Virus record (IMG/VR): IMGVR_UViG_3300020186_000001
Coordinates: 32,001 to 96,000 of that record
Length of the DNA: 64,000 bases
Source: a virus
Direction: 5' to 3' (one strand)
Under the pieces are notes generated by a model. That model had not been told where the DNA came from. It did not search any database and worked only from the letters and a program-made list of their open reading frames with translations. Both the position numbers and the translations under genes were made by a program. Of this stretch, positions 30,429 to 38,771 are shown piece by piece. The first letter of the stretch is position 1. Every line of letters begins with the position of its first letter.

Positions 30429-30458
30429 AATACATCGTCATACAGCGTAAAAACTTTA
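30429..30458 (-). promoter_or_regulatory. Sigma28-like promoter motif, copy 4
   Basis: TAAAGTTTTTACGCTGTATGACGATGTATT (TAAA-N15-GACGAT). Confidence 0.75.
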
Positions 30459-30505
30459 ATGTTTCTTAGAATATCAATGAAATCATCAACTTGTAATCAG
30501 ACCTT

Positions 30506-31492
30506 TCATTCATCACCTCTTTTAAAACGTGAGCTTTTAGTTTTAGCGGCTTTTAAATCCTCTTGAAGTTTGAGCGAGGTACAATCCTTGGCGTTCAAGT
30601 CATCACGAAGCCTATGGAATGTCGGGTGTCTCAGCCTTCCAACAGGATTGTCCTTAGAGCGTTTTGAGGCTTGTATCTCTTGAGTGAAGACATCGACGAC
30701 CTTGCCCTTATAGGCATCGAAGTTTCGTCCCATATCAATTCGCAAGGTGTCGTCAAACCCAGATGCAAACCCAATCTCAATCAACTCTCCATTGTGATGC
30801 ACTGAGAGAGCGAGCGATCCAATGCTATCTGCGTACTTGCCGTTGCCAGCTTTCCAACCTGAAATAATACAACTCACATCGTAGGACTTTTTCATTTTGC
30901 ACCAGCCCATCCCGTAGCCTTGACGCAGGTCTTTCACGATAACGCCCTCGCCACCAGCGTTAACGATGCTTTGAAAATACTTGTGTATGTCGCCTGTGAA
31001 TTGTTCGATTGGTTTTATATATTTGTTATTCATTCTCTCAACAACAGCGACTAGGATTTTTCTACGCTTCTCAAGTGGAAGTCCTCGAAGATCCTTCCCG
31101 CGAAAGCGAACGATGTCGAAGACGTGATAGTTTAAAAATCCAAGCTCCTTTTGCTTTTGAACTGCAAGCATTGGCGAAGAATTCATGATTGAGTTTGTAG
31201 CGAGAAAATTCTCAGCCATGATCTCTCCGTCCAGTACCGTCCCTTGGAGATCTGCATACATCAGAGCGGTGATGTGAGGAACATTCGCAGTCCTATCAAC
31301 GTGCTTAGTGTCAACAACTGAGACTCTTCTTGAGAGAAGAGCATTGTTCGCTTGCCTCTCATACGGATCACAGCCGATATAAAGAACGTAGCGAGAACCA
31401 TCCATCTTAGGCTCTGCAACCAAATGAGGTTTTTCAAGGTCATTGGGCAAGATGCTAGTGCATCGTGATGGAATGATGAGTTCTACTTTCAT
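30506..31492 (-). CDS. ATP-dependent DNA ligase
   Basis: EPKMDGSR (KxDG), LDGEI, YHVFDI, GEGVIVK, KMK, LRHPTF. Confidence 0.93.
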   Translation of the reverse strand: MKVELIIPSRCTSILPNDLEKPHLVAEPKMDGSRYVLYIGCDPYERQANNALLSRRVSVVDTKHVDRTANVPHITALMYADLQGTVLDGEIMAENFLATNSIMNSSPMLAVQKQKELGFLNYHVFDIVRFRGKDLRGLPLEKRRKILVAVVERMNNKYIKPIEQFTGDIHKYFQSIVNAGGEGVIVKDLRQGYGMGWCKMKKSYDVSCIISGWKAGNGKYADSIGSLALSVHHNGELIEIGFASGFDDTLRIDMGRNFDAYKGKVVDVFTQEIQASKRSKDNPVGRLRHPTFHRLRDDLNAKDCTSLKLQEDLKAAKTKSSRFKRGDE

Positions 31493-31815
31493 ATCTGCCT
31501 CAACTGTTGCATGAAGTTTAAAACTGGTTCGTCCTTCTTAATAGGGTCTTTCATAGGATCTTTCGGCCTCTGATACGGATGCTCTGAAGCAGAGCCTACC
31601 TTCACATAGCCTTTTGCAATCTTCTCGCGAATCTTTTTGTATACTGTGTCAGTACCCAAATACTCGGTCTCCTGCGGAGCAGCACCGATCCTTCCCCAAG
31701 AGGCGACATAGAGCGGCTGAGAGTGATCAACCGCTCTTATCTCCCAATATTTATTAGAACGCTCATCGGTATATTCATACCTGCCCAGAAAATCTAATAT
31801 CTCCCACTCATTCAT
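31489..31815 (-). CDS. WGR-domain protein
   Basis: SNKYWEI...SWGRIG...EKIAKGY. Confidence 0.85.
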   Translation of the reverse strand: MNEWEILDFLGRYEYTDERSNKYWEIRAVDHSQPLYVASWGRIGAAPQETEYLGTDTVYKKIREKIAKGYVKVGSASEHPYQRPKDPMKDPIKKDEPVLNFMQQLRQI

Positions 31816-31927
31816 CGCAATCCCCTTTGTAAAGTGATTGAGTCAAATCTGCATACCAGTGCTCGAAGGTGAGATTGCACTCACCTGAAGCGACAAGATC
31901 AATCCACAAATCGTGAATGGTTCCCAT
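31808..31927 (-). CDS. 39-aa microprotein (paralog of 24515-24634)
   Basis: MGTIHDLWIDLVASGECNLTFEHWYADLTQSLYKGDCDE; starts right after upstream TAA, overlaps WGR start. Confidence 0.75.
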   Translation of the reverse strand: MGTIHDLWIDLVASGECNLTFEHWYADLTQSLYKGDCDE

Positions 31928-32545
31928 TTAGTCCCCCAGGATATCTGCCAGATCGTCATCGGCTGACTTGGACTTAGATTTTGCCTTCTCAACTGCAAGT
32001 TTTGCGGCTGCAAGTTTTGACTTAGAATCAGTCTTCGGTTCGGCTTTTGGTTTAGGAGCAACCTTTGGAGCGGCAGGAGCGGAAGCCTCAGATGGATTGA
32101 ATTGCTCTTCGACTTTAGTTTTAAATTCAGAACTTGCTCTCAATGTCAAATACTCAGTTGAAGTCTGGGATGCTAGACCTGAGAACTTTGATTCGCCGAT
32201 GGCAGTCTTCAGCTTTTCAGCACTGAAGTTGCAAGCGTTAAGAATTGTTGCAAGAGTGACGTGGCCTGATTCTACTAACTCAAGAATTTTGTCGGTATCA
32301 AACTTCCAGTTCGCCCTCGAAGTATAGATCACCGATCCTTGATCACACTTGAATCCTTTTCCCATGTCGATCTCAAAGCCATCATCGTTTTTTTCAAGGT
32401 AGGCAATGATCTCGCCCTTGTCAGCCTTGAAGAGGTCTTCATACTTTGAAGACAAGGCTTGATCGGTAAACGCTCGAATTAGAATCTCATCGAGTTTTTG
32501 AGGAACACTGTTTGAATCTTTTTTTCCGCCGCGATTGATAGTCAT
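31928..32545 (-). CDS. Hypothetical protein with K/A/P-rich tail
   Basis: 205 aa; AAGGAG RBS; downstream of promoter copy 5. Confidence 0.75.
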   Translation of the reverse strand: MTINRGGKKDSNSVPQKLDEILIRAFTDQALSSKYEDLFKADKGEIIAYLEKNDDGFEIDMGKGFKCDQGSVIYTSRANWKFDTDKILELVESGHVTLATILNACNFSAEKLKTAIGESKFSGLASQTSTEYLTLRASSEFKTKVEEQFNPSEASAPAAPKVAPKPKAEPKTDSKSKLAAAKLAVEKAKSKSKSADDDLADILGD

Positions 32546-32572
32546 GATGATGAATCTCCTTGTTTGTTATTT

Positions 32573-32603
32573 AATACATCGTACTTTTTCGTATGAAACT
32601 TTA
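32573..32603 (-). promoter_or_regulatory. Sigma28-like promoter motif, copy 5
   Basis: TAAAGTTTCATACGAAAAAGTACGATGTATT. Confidence 0.75.
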
Positions 32604-32627
32604 ATAAATCTTAATACCCCAATCAAA

Positions 32628-32885
32628 TCAGGTCACTTTGTTGTTCTTAATAATTTCAGTGAGGCGGTGTATCTCGATCTTAATAGCCGAGAAATATTCG
32701 TTTCTTGCTTCTTTGAGTGATCTGAAGCCGTAAAAGTCGAAATTGTCCTTGCGAACTCGATACAGGGTTTGACAGTCGCGTTCTAGCTTGGTGAAGGTGT
32801 CGCCAGTTTGAACCTTGTATTTTTCGATTTCACCGTCAGTTAGGCGATTTAGGTTATAACGATAAAGTGTTGTTGGGGATTTCAT
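32628..32885 (-). CDS. Hypothetical protein
   Basis: 85 aa; TAAGGAGGT RBS. Confidence 0.75.
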   Translation of the reverse strand: MKSPTTLYRYNLNRLTDGEIEKYKVQTGDTFTKLERDCQTLYRVRKDNFDFYGFRSLKEARNEYFSAIKIEIHRLTEIIKNNKVT

Positions 32886-32920
32886 GAGAACCTCCTTAGT
32901 TGTGTTGATAACCCCTATAT

Positions 32921-33100
32921 TCAGACCTTTTTAATTTCGGTAAGAAGGTGAAACAGCTTATTTTCTGCCTCCCTTAGCCTTATAGAGAATGTTCTAGCTC
33001 CCTTGCCGTTTTTAGCATTCTTGCAAAGGTCTATAGCACGCAGCAGTGCTTGAATCTGACCTTCAGTTAGGATGCTCGTTTTGACTTTTTCGTAACCCAT
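32921..33100 (-). CDS. 59-aa hypothetical protein
   Basis: GAGGT RBS; MGYEKVKTSILTEGQIQALL...EIKKV; below ORF-track cutoff. Confidence 0.65.
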   Translation of the reverse strand: MGYEKVKTSILTEGQIQALLRAIDLCKNAKNGKGARTFSIRLREAENKLFHLLTEIKKV

Positions 33101-33140
33101 TGTTTACCTCACTTTGTTGGTTTAACCCCACCTTATAATG

Positions 33141-33171
33141 CATACATCGTACTTTTGTGTATGAAACTTTA
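33141..33171 (-). promoter_or_regulatory. Sigma28-like promoter motif, copy 6
   Basis: TAAAGTTTCATACACAAAAGTACGATGTATG. Confidence 0.75.
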
Positions 33172-33206
33172 GAGAATCTTAATACCCCAATAACACCAGG
33201 GCTTTA

Positions 33207-33228
33207 AAAGTTTCTACGTAGAAACTTT
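33207..33228. promoter_or_regulatory. Perfect 22-bp palindrome, copy 1 of 3
   Basis: AAAGTTTCTACGTAGAAACTTT. Confidence 0.7.
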
Positions 33229-33259
33229 GCCGTAGATGCCGATGCCCTTATAATGGAAA

Positions 33260-33330
33260 GGCAGGGTGGAGAAGTGGTATCTTGCTAGGCTCATAATCTA
33301 GAGACGAGGGTTCAATTCCCTCCTCTGCAA
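33260..33330 (+). tRNA. tRNA-Met(CAT), initiator-like, CCA not encoded
   Basis: Acceptor GGCAGGG/CTCTGCA, D stem GAGA/TCTT, anticodon arm CTAGG-CTCATAA-TCTAG, T arm GAGGG-TTCAATT-CCCTC; TTGCCG-N16-TATAAT upstream. Confidence 0.88.
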
Positions 33331-33387
33331 CTGATCAGGCACAGACTTTGCAAGCAGACATTTCATAATCTTAAGAGGGAAAATGAA

Positions 33388-33645
33388 ATGCAACTGTCAA
33401 ACGGCAAAGAAAAACGTGGATACGCCATTGTGCGGGACTTAGACGAATTAAGGCGTGAGGTAGAAGACGCACGCAGAGCCATCAGAAGCTCTCGCGAATT
33501 TGTACTAAAACCGTATCTAAATGACTCCACTGGTCAAATAGACTTGACCAGGCGTGTCGCAGCAATCAAAGCAATTAGTCATTATGATAGGTTGATGCGG
33601 TCATATGAGTCTGATTGGGATGAAAAGCCTGCATACCTGGAATAG
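33388..33645 (+). CDS. Hypothetical protein
   Basis: 85 aa, GAGGG RBS. Confidence 0.65.
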   Translation: MQLSNGKEKRGYAIVRDLDELRREVEDARRAIRSSREFVLKPYLNDSTGQIDLTRRVAAIKAISHYDRLMRSYESDWDEKPAYLE

Positions 33646-34674
33646 CTAGAACACCGGATCTTTGGCTCGTGCAATAATTTCAGACAACTCTTCAGACTTG
33701 TAGGCGAAGCTTCCTGGATCTCTTTTTTCGGGGAGCTTCGCACATCTCACCTTAAAGCCGTAGCCTCTTAAAAGATCAACCGCATTCTGCATAGAGCAAG
33801 GTTTGATCAAATGCCCATCTTTGCGTCTCCTGGAATCAATCCATGCGTCTGAGTCCCAGGCCAAAATGATCTCTTTGATCTTGGCCTCTTTCAGAAATTC
33901 GCACTGCTCTGGATGAAGCTTTTTGCCATTAGTCGCCATCGCGTGTGGGCCTATTTTAGTGGCATCAATAAAGCCTTCCGCAAGCACCACGGTCTCATAG
34001 TTCTTAGCGACATCGTAGTTGTAGAGGACGCTTCTAGCTGAGACTCCCTTGGGGTTTAAGACCTTTTTGAAGTCCTTATTACCTGGATCCTCCCACGTAG
34101 CACGAGCTTGCCAGAACACAAGTCGGTTGTTCATGAAGTACGGAATTATGATGCGATCCTTGCAGAACCCAGCATCACAGGTTCCCCAATCACTTCTCGC
34201 TGCATACTTCCATGGGATTAGACGCTTCTCAAGGTAACTGTTCGGACCTTCAATCGGCATGTATCCATATGGTAACTCTACGTCTCTTAACGGATCTTCT
34301 TCGGATTCATCTGGCTTATATCTAGGCCAAGATATCGTGAGACTCATCATATCCATGGGATCGTTTAGCTTTCCCTTGAGAAATCGGATTGCTTGCTCAA
34401 GTGTCGTCTTGCAGATAGTTTGAACAAGCTTAAGAAGACTTCCACTCCACTTGCACCTGTAACAATGAAACGCAGCAGACTCGGCATTGATCCAAAGTTT
34501 CTTGTTTGTGTCGAGTGTCGGCTCACCGCGTTCATGGCACTTCGGACAGTTGATCTGGTATTCCTTGTGATCTCCAGAATCAGAAACACGCCATTCAAGC
34601 TCGCGTTCAACCAAAAACTCTTCAAGGTTGAAGTTGGGATAGAGTGTAAAAAATGAAAGAGACGCTTCCATCAT
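33646..34674 (-). CDS. dnaG: DNA primase (Zn finger + TOPRIM)
   Basis: CPKC...FHCYRC; RIIIPY; AEGFIDA; AWDSD; DPG. Confidence 0.9.
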   Translation of the reverse strand: MMEASLSFFTLYPNFNLEEFLVERELEWRVSDSGDHKEYQINCPKCHERGEPTLDTNKKLWINAESAAFHCYRCKWSGSLLKLVQTICKTTLEQAIRFLKGKLNDPMDMMSLTISWPRYKPDESEEDPLRDVELPYGYMPIEGPNSYLEKRLIPWKYAARSDWGTCDAGFCKDRIIIPYFMNNRLVFWQARATWEDPGNKDFKKVLNPKGVSARSVLYNYDVAKNYETVVLAEGFIDATKIGPHAMATNGKKLHPEQCEFLKEAKIKEIILAWDSDAWIDSRRRKDGHLIKPCSMQNAVDLLRGYGFKVRCAKLPEKRDPGSFAYKSEELSEIIARAKDPVF

Positions 34675-36056
34675 GTCATTTTCTTCTTTCCTCTTCGGCC
34701 TTCTTTCATCCAGTCAAACTTAGTGTCAATCGTTGGATCTGCGTGACCGTAAACCTTGGAGTAAAATATCATCTTTTCAAAGTTGGTTAGCAGATGGATT
34801 GTTTTCTCAGTGTCATTGCTTCGGTAAATATCAACATGAAGCCTAAGCACTCCGTCTTTTTTCTCTTCTAGCGTTTGATTCAAAGTCATCACAAGATCTG
34901 CGATCCGCACCTTCTCATAACTTTCAGCAATATCTTTGGACCTGAGAACTTCGCCCTTCTCCTTGGTGTCCTTTGGCCTAGTAGCCTGAGAGGCGGTCCA
35001 AATTGCAAACTTCTGCATAACCGCAAGCCTTTTAAGGTCTCGGTAAACTTCAGCTTGATCGTGTCGCAGCTCTTTTAACTTTTGACCTGATTTTAAAAGA
35101 TCTGCATAGTCAATGACAACGAGATCCGGCTTCCTGCCAGCGTTTATAAGCTCTTTAAGCTTCGCTTCGATATCAAGAACTGTGTAATTCCAATGTTGAT
35201 TGAACGGAATAAGATCCAGCTTTCTCATGTATTTCTTTGAAACAGCGTCAAGAAGCTTGCTTTCCTCTAGCGTGATCTCATCTTTCTCAAGCCTGTGATA
35301 TTCAATTCCAGAGATGCGAGAAAGATAACGCAAAATCGCTTGCTCCTTGGTCCCTTCAAGAACAAAGTGAGCGACCCTCCCCATCCTCATCATCACGGCT
35401 GTAGCACCCATGTGCGTGAGGCAAATTGATTTACCTCGCTTTGGCTCTGCTAAGACAATACCAAGCTCTCCCTTCTCTAGGCCACCGCGTAGGATGTCAT
35501 CCAGCGGCCCAATGTTGGTCGGCACTCTCCTAGTGCCTTTCGACATTTCGTTAATCATGAACTGACGTTCTTCTTCAAACTTCTCAATTGGAATAATTGC
35601 GTCATCTGTGTAGTTGATCGAATAAAGATCGTTAATGCCAAGCATCGTGTAAGTGTAGGCATCGTCATATTGCAAAGAATTCCAAAGAGTCTGAGAAGTC
35701 TGAAACACATCAATGAAAGCATTCTTCTTTGAATACTCGGTCAACTTCTCTTTGATGAACTTCTCGTTATCTGGCTTCGATCCGCAAATACGCCGACAGA
35801 AGTGTTTGAGCATCTTTCTTTTGCGAGGCTCAATGGTCTTCAAGTGATCTTCAATCTCAATATAAGAAGTCAGCTCAGCCTTGGCCTCAAGCTTCTCTTT
35901 GATCCGGTTGAAAAGATATTTATGAGGCTCTGCGTAAAGCCTCTCTTCTGGAATGTATTTACAAACCTTTGCAGCAAACGAAGCGTCTCTCAACATCAAA
36001 GAAAGCATTTGACATTGAAACTCTTCACCAAAATGAAACTCCATCGCAGCTTTCAT
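34671..36056 (-). CDS. dnaB: Replicative helicase (DnaB/SF4)
   Basis: LDDILRGGL..GEL...AEPKRGKS, VIDYADLL, WTASQ, IAESYEKVRIADLV. Confidence 0.92.
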   Translation of the reverse strand: MKAAMEFHFGEEFQCQMLSLMLRDASFAAKVCKYIPEERLYAEPHKYLFNRIKEKLEAKAELTSYIEIEDHLKTIEPRKRKMLKHFCRRICGSKPDNEKFIKEKLTEYSKKNAFIDVFQTSQTLWNSLQYDDAYTYTMLGINDLYSINYTDDAIIPIEKFEEERQFMINEMSKGTRRVPTNIGPLDDILRGGLEKGELGIVLAEPKRGKSICLTHMGATAVMMRMGRVAHFVLEGTKEQAILRYLSRISGIEYHRLEKDEITLEESKLLDAVSKKYMRKLDLIPFNQHWNYTVLDIEAKLKELINAGRKPDLVVIDYADLLKSGQKLKELRHDQAEVYRDLKRLAVMQKFAIWTASQATRPKDTKEKGEVLRSKDIAESYEKVRIADLVMTLNQTLEEKKDGVLRLHVDIYRSNDTEKTIHLLTNFEKMIFYSKVYGHADPTIDTKFDWMKEGRRGKKKMT

Positions 36057-36574
36057 AATTCAGCCTGTCTTGCGTGCTCTCTTCTCTCAACATCAGAATG
36101 AACCTGAGATATAAACTGATCGTAAAGCTCTTCACCGTAAAGCGTGATCGTATTAAAGCTAGGTCTAAAGCTTCTTCTTTGAAAACCTTTGTGGATGCAA
36201 GCTATCATCATGTGCATATTATATTCGTTTTCTTCCATGTATTGAATTGCCCCCTCAATGACAGTGAGTTGACCTTTGGTTTTTACTTTGATTGGAGATA
36301 GGTCAAAATAGAACTCACGCCATTTATTCCAGCACTCAAGAAAGCCTCTAACAGAACGAAGCCTCTCATCGTGTTCGATAAGACTTTCGACTTTTGTTTC
36401 TACCTTTTTGTTTTTCTTAGCTACCGGCTTAATTAGTATGTTCTGAACAACAATCTTTTTTGCTAAGCATGAAAATCTGCTAGCCAGTTCTCTTGCAGCT
36501 TTTTCTGCGTCAAATGAATTTCCAGGCTCTCTCCGAGTGATTTCGATTTGCATAAGATGGATTGGTGTAGACAA
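36053..36574 (-). CDS. Hypothetical replication-module protein
   Basis: 173 aa between sigma and DnaB, coupled to DnaB. Confidence 0.6.
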   Translation of the reverse strand: MSTPIHLMQIEITRREPGNSFDAEKAARELASRFSCLAKKIVVQNILIKPVAKKNKKVETKVESLIEHDERLRSVRGFLECWNKWREFYFDLSPIKVKTKGQLTVIEGAIQYMEENEYNMHMMIACIHKGFQRRSFRPSFNTITLYGEELYDQFISQVHSDVERREHARQAEL

Positions 36575-37005
36575 TTTGCTTCCCTCTCTCTAAACATTTT
36601 CAATCTAATAATTTCACGAATGGAATAGCCCTCAACGTAAATATGCTGGTAAAGCCGATACTCTTTCTCGTTCAACAAAGTCTTCATGGTGAGATCAAAA
36701 TCAACTCCCTCTTGATATGTGCCTGCCAGTTCTGGGAGTTCGCTCACATAATCAAGAGACGGCTTTGAACGCTCGTAATCGCCGATATCCATGAGATGAT
36801 TGTTGACACAGGCGTATACCCAAGTTTTTATCTTCGTGTTCTTTTTTGCGTCATACTTCCTAACAGCAATCTCTGCCGCGAGCCTCGCCTCTTGCAACAG
36901 ATCATCGAATGTATTGTTTACTTGTGACGAAAAGTTCGTTTGCTTTCGCCGAAACTTATGCACCAGATAACAAAGAAGTTCATTCAGCTCGGTTGCTTCC
37001 ATCAC
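36463..37005 (-). CDS. Phage sigma70-family sigma factor (compact)
   Basis: Region 2 FDDLLQEA...AVRKYD...KIKTWVYACVNN; region 4 LNEKEYRL...EGYSIREI. Confidence 0.85.
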   Translation of the reverse strand: MMEATELNELLCYLVHKFRRKQTNFSSQVNNTFDDLLQEARLAAEIAVRKYDAKKNTKIKTWVYACVNNHLMDIGDYERSKPSLDYVSELPELAGTYQEGVDFDLTMKTLLNEKEYRLYQHIYVEGYSIREIIRLKMFREREANCLHQSILCKSKSLGESLEIHLTQKKLQENWLADFHA

Positions 37006-37076
37006 GTCCCTAACAAGTCTTGGTGAATTTGGACTTCCAGCTTGCCTTAAATTTTTAAGTCAAAGCAAGTGATATT

Positions 37077-37135
37077 TGATCCACAGATTGATCCACAGGA
37101 GCAGCAACACCACATGTGGTGTGTGTTGTGGACAA
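37077..37135. promoter_or_regulatory. Cluster of DnaA-box-like 9-mers and an NrdR-box-like palindrome
   Basis: TGATCCACA at 37077 and 37089, ACACCACATGTGGTGT at 37107-37122, TGTGGACAA at 37127. Confidence 0.45.
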
Positions 37136-37197
37136 CCCTTGTCTTTTAATATGGTGAAAAACCTGAGACGCTATTAGTAGCGTTGTGAATTGTTTTT

Positions 37198-38061
37198 CTA
37201 CTCTAGGATGGTAATTCTGAACGCAGATTCTTTGCGGTATGATTTAAGTCTTTCCAAGCTATGATCACGAAGATGTCTTTGCCCTTCGATCATAAAATCA
37301 TAAACTTCGGCTTTATCTTTGCCTTCATGTTTACGTAGTGTCCTACCGATGCCCTGCGATGTTTGAATCTCAGTCTTTTGACAACGGGCATTAATAAGAA
37401 CATCAATTGTTGGAATATCTATACCTTCGCCAAAGATGTTAGTAGCGACAAGACATTTAAACCTTTTTTTAATAAACTCTGATTTAACACGCTCTCTATG
37501 ATCGGTCGGATCGTCACCGCTTAAATATTCAGCATCATTACCAATCAGTCGCACAATGGCTCTACCATGCTCTTTGCGTCGAACTAGAATGAGTGTTTGC
37601 TTGCCCTCGGTGTATGCCTTGCTAATCGCGAGTCTGGCGATCTTAAGATTAAAACTTTCATCCTTGGTGATATACTCGTAAGCTCTCGCATAGCTACACT
37701 TCAAATTCGGCACAGTGTGTTTGATCATGGTTATATACGGCCTAACTAAATACCCCTCTTCAATCAGCTCACTTGTGGATTTCTTGAAGATTACCTGTGA
37801 AAGAACACCGTACATCTCCATATCAGATCCATCGGATCTCATGAAAGTCCCAGTGAACCCGTAGCGGTAGTAGGCACTGCGGCAATATGCGTTCACAGTT
37901 TTGTAGGTTTTCGCTGCGGAATTTGACACTAATATGCCATTAGCAACAAAGTTGTGATTGCCTTCAACCTCTAGGTCGTAGACGTCAAAATCTCCACAAA
38001 CTTCTTCAATCGAGACAATCCGTCCTTTGAGCAATTTTCCGGTATCCTGACAATTTTCCAT
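37198..38061 (-). CDS. Split-intein C fragment (47 aa) + C-terminal half of DExH helicase
   Basis: TAAGGAGG 5 nt before ATG; VYDLEVEGNHNFVANGILVSN/S intein end; GFTGT, FGEGIDIP, QGIGRTLR helicase motifs. Confidence 0.9.
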   Translation of the reverse strand: MENCQDTGKLLKGRIVSIEEVCGDFDVYDLEVEGNHNFVANGILVSNSAAKTYKTVNAYCRSAYYRYGFTGTFMRSDGSDMEMYGVLSQVIFKKSTSELIEEGYLVRPYITMIKHTVPNLKCSYARAYEYITKDESFNLKIARLAISKAYTEGKQTLILVRRKEHGRAIVRLIGNDAEYLSGDDPTDHRERVKSEFIKKRFKCLVATNIFGEGIDIPTIDVLINARCQKTEIQTSQGIGRTLRKHEGKDKAEVYDFMIEGQRHLRDHSLERLKSYRKESAFRITILE

Positions 38062-38771
38062 CCCAGCCTCCTTAGCCTTTCGCTCTTTCTTCGATCTGAT
38101 TCTTCGCGACCTTTATGAGAGCTTCCATCAACTTCGATGGCGATCATGTGGCGTGGGATGGCCACATCGATCTTGTAATGATGTGGCCTCTCCTTGTCTC
38201 TCAGGGCCACTGAAAGCTCTGAGATGCTTTCTGGCAGCATCTTGGAGATACGATCCTGCGTCGGCGTGGTCCTGCCTCCGTTACCGTATTTGCCGCGACC
38301 GTAAGGGTTGTAGCTGCCATCGTCAATCAGCTTTTTAATCTTTTTGGATTGTCGTTTTCGAACTTCTAAAGAGCGATTTCTGTTTTGATCTCCAGCACGT
38401 CTGGAGAGATACTCTCTGTACTCCGTATTCAAACTTCTCTTCCGCATAGCCGCAGCATGAGTGCTGTATCCAAGAACCACCTCATCACCAACCTTCATCG
38501 AACCTATTTCAACTTTGCCATGCTCGGTGAGCATCTTATGCTTGCGAGTAATAAGAAGTTCTTTAATCTTCCCATCTTCATCTTGAATTTTAACCTTTAA
38601 AAGATCAGAAGATTTGTATTTGAAAGCGTTAGTAACAAGCCTGTTCTCCCATTCAGTCCCATTCCAAGATTTGACTTTTGTTTGAAATCCAGACACAACC
38701 CTATTGTAAATCCACTCAATTGACCTGTATGCGCCATATCCTGCTGAAATCATTGTGTTTTTGGCGAGGCA
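37921..38771 (-). mobile_element. Split intein with homing-type endonuclease in helicase motif II
   Basis: Cys1 codon at 38771-38769; terminal Asn codon at 37923-37921 followed by Ser; two overlapping frames. Confidence 0.85.

Noticed and set aside
37971-38061. Helicase as a simple pseudogene or sequencing frameshift
   Set aside because: All helicase and splicing motifs are intact, the second ORF has a perfect SD and ATG, and both frames look functional in the overlap. Not formally excluded without reads.
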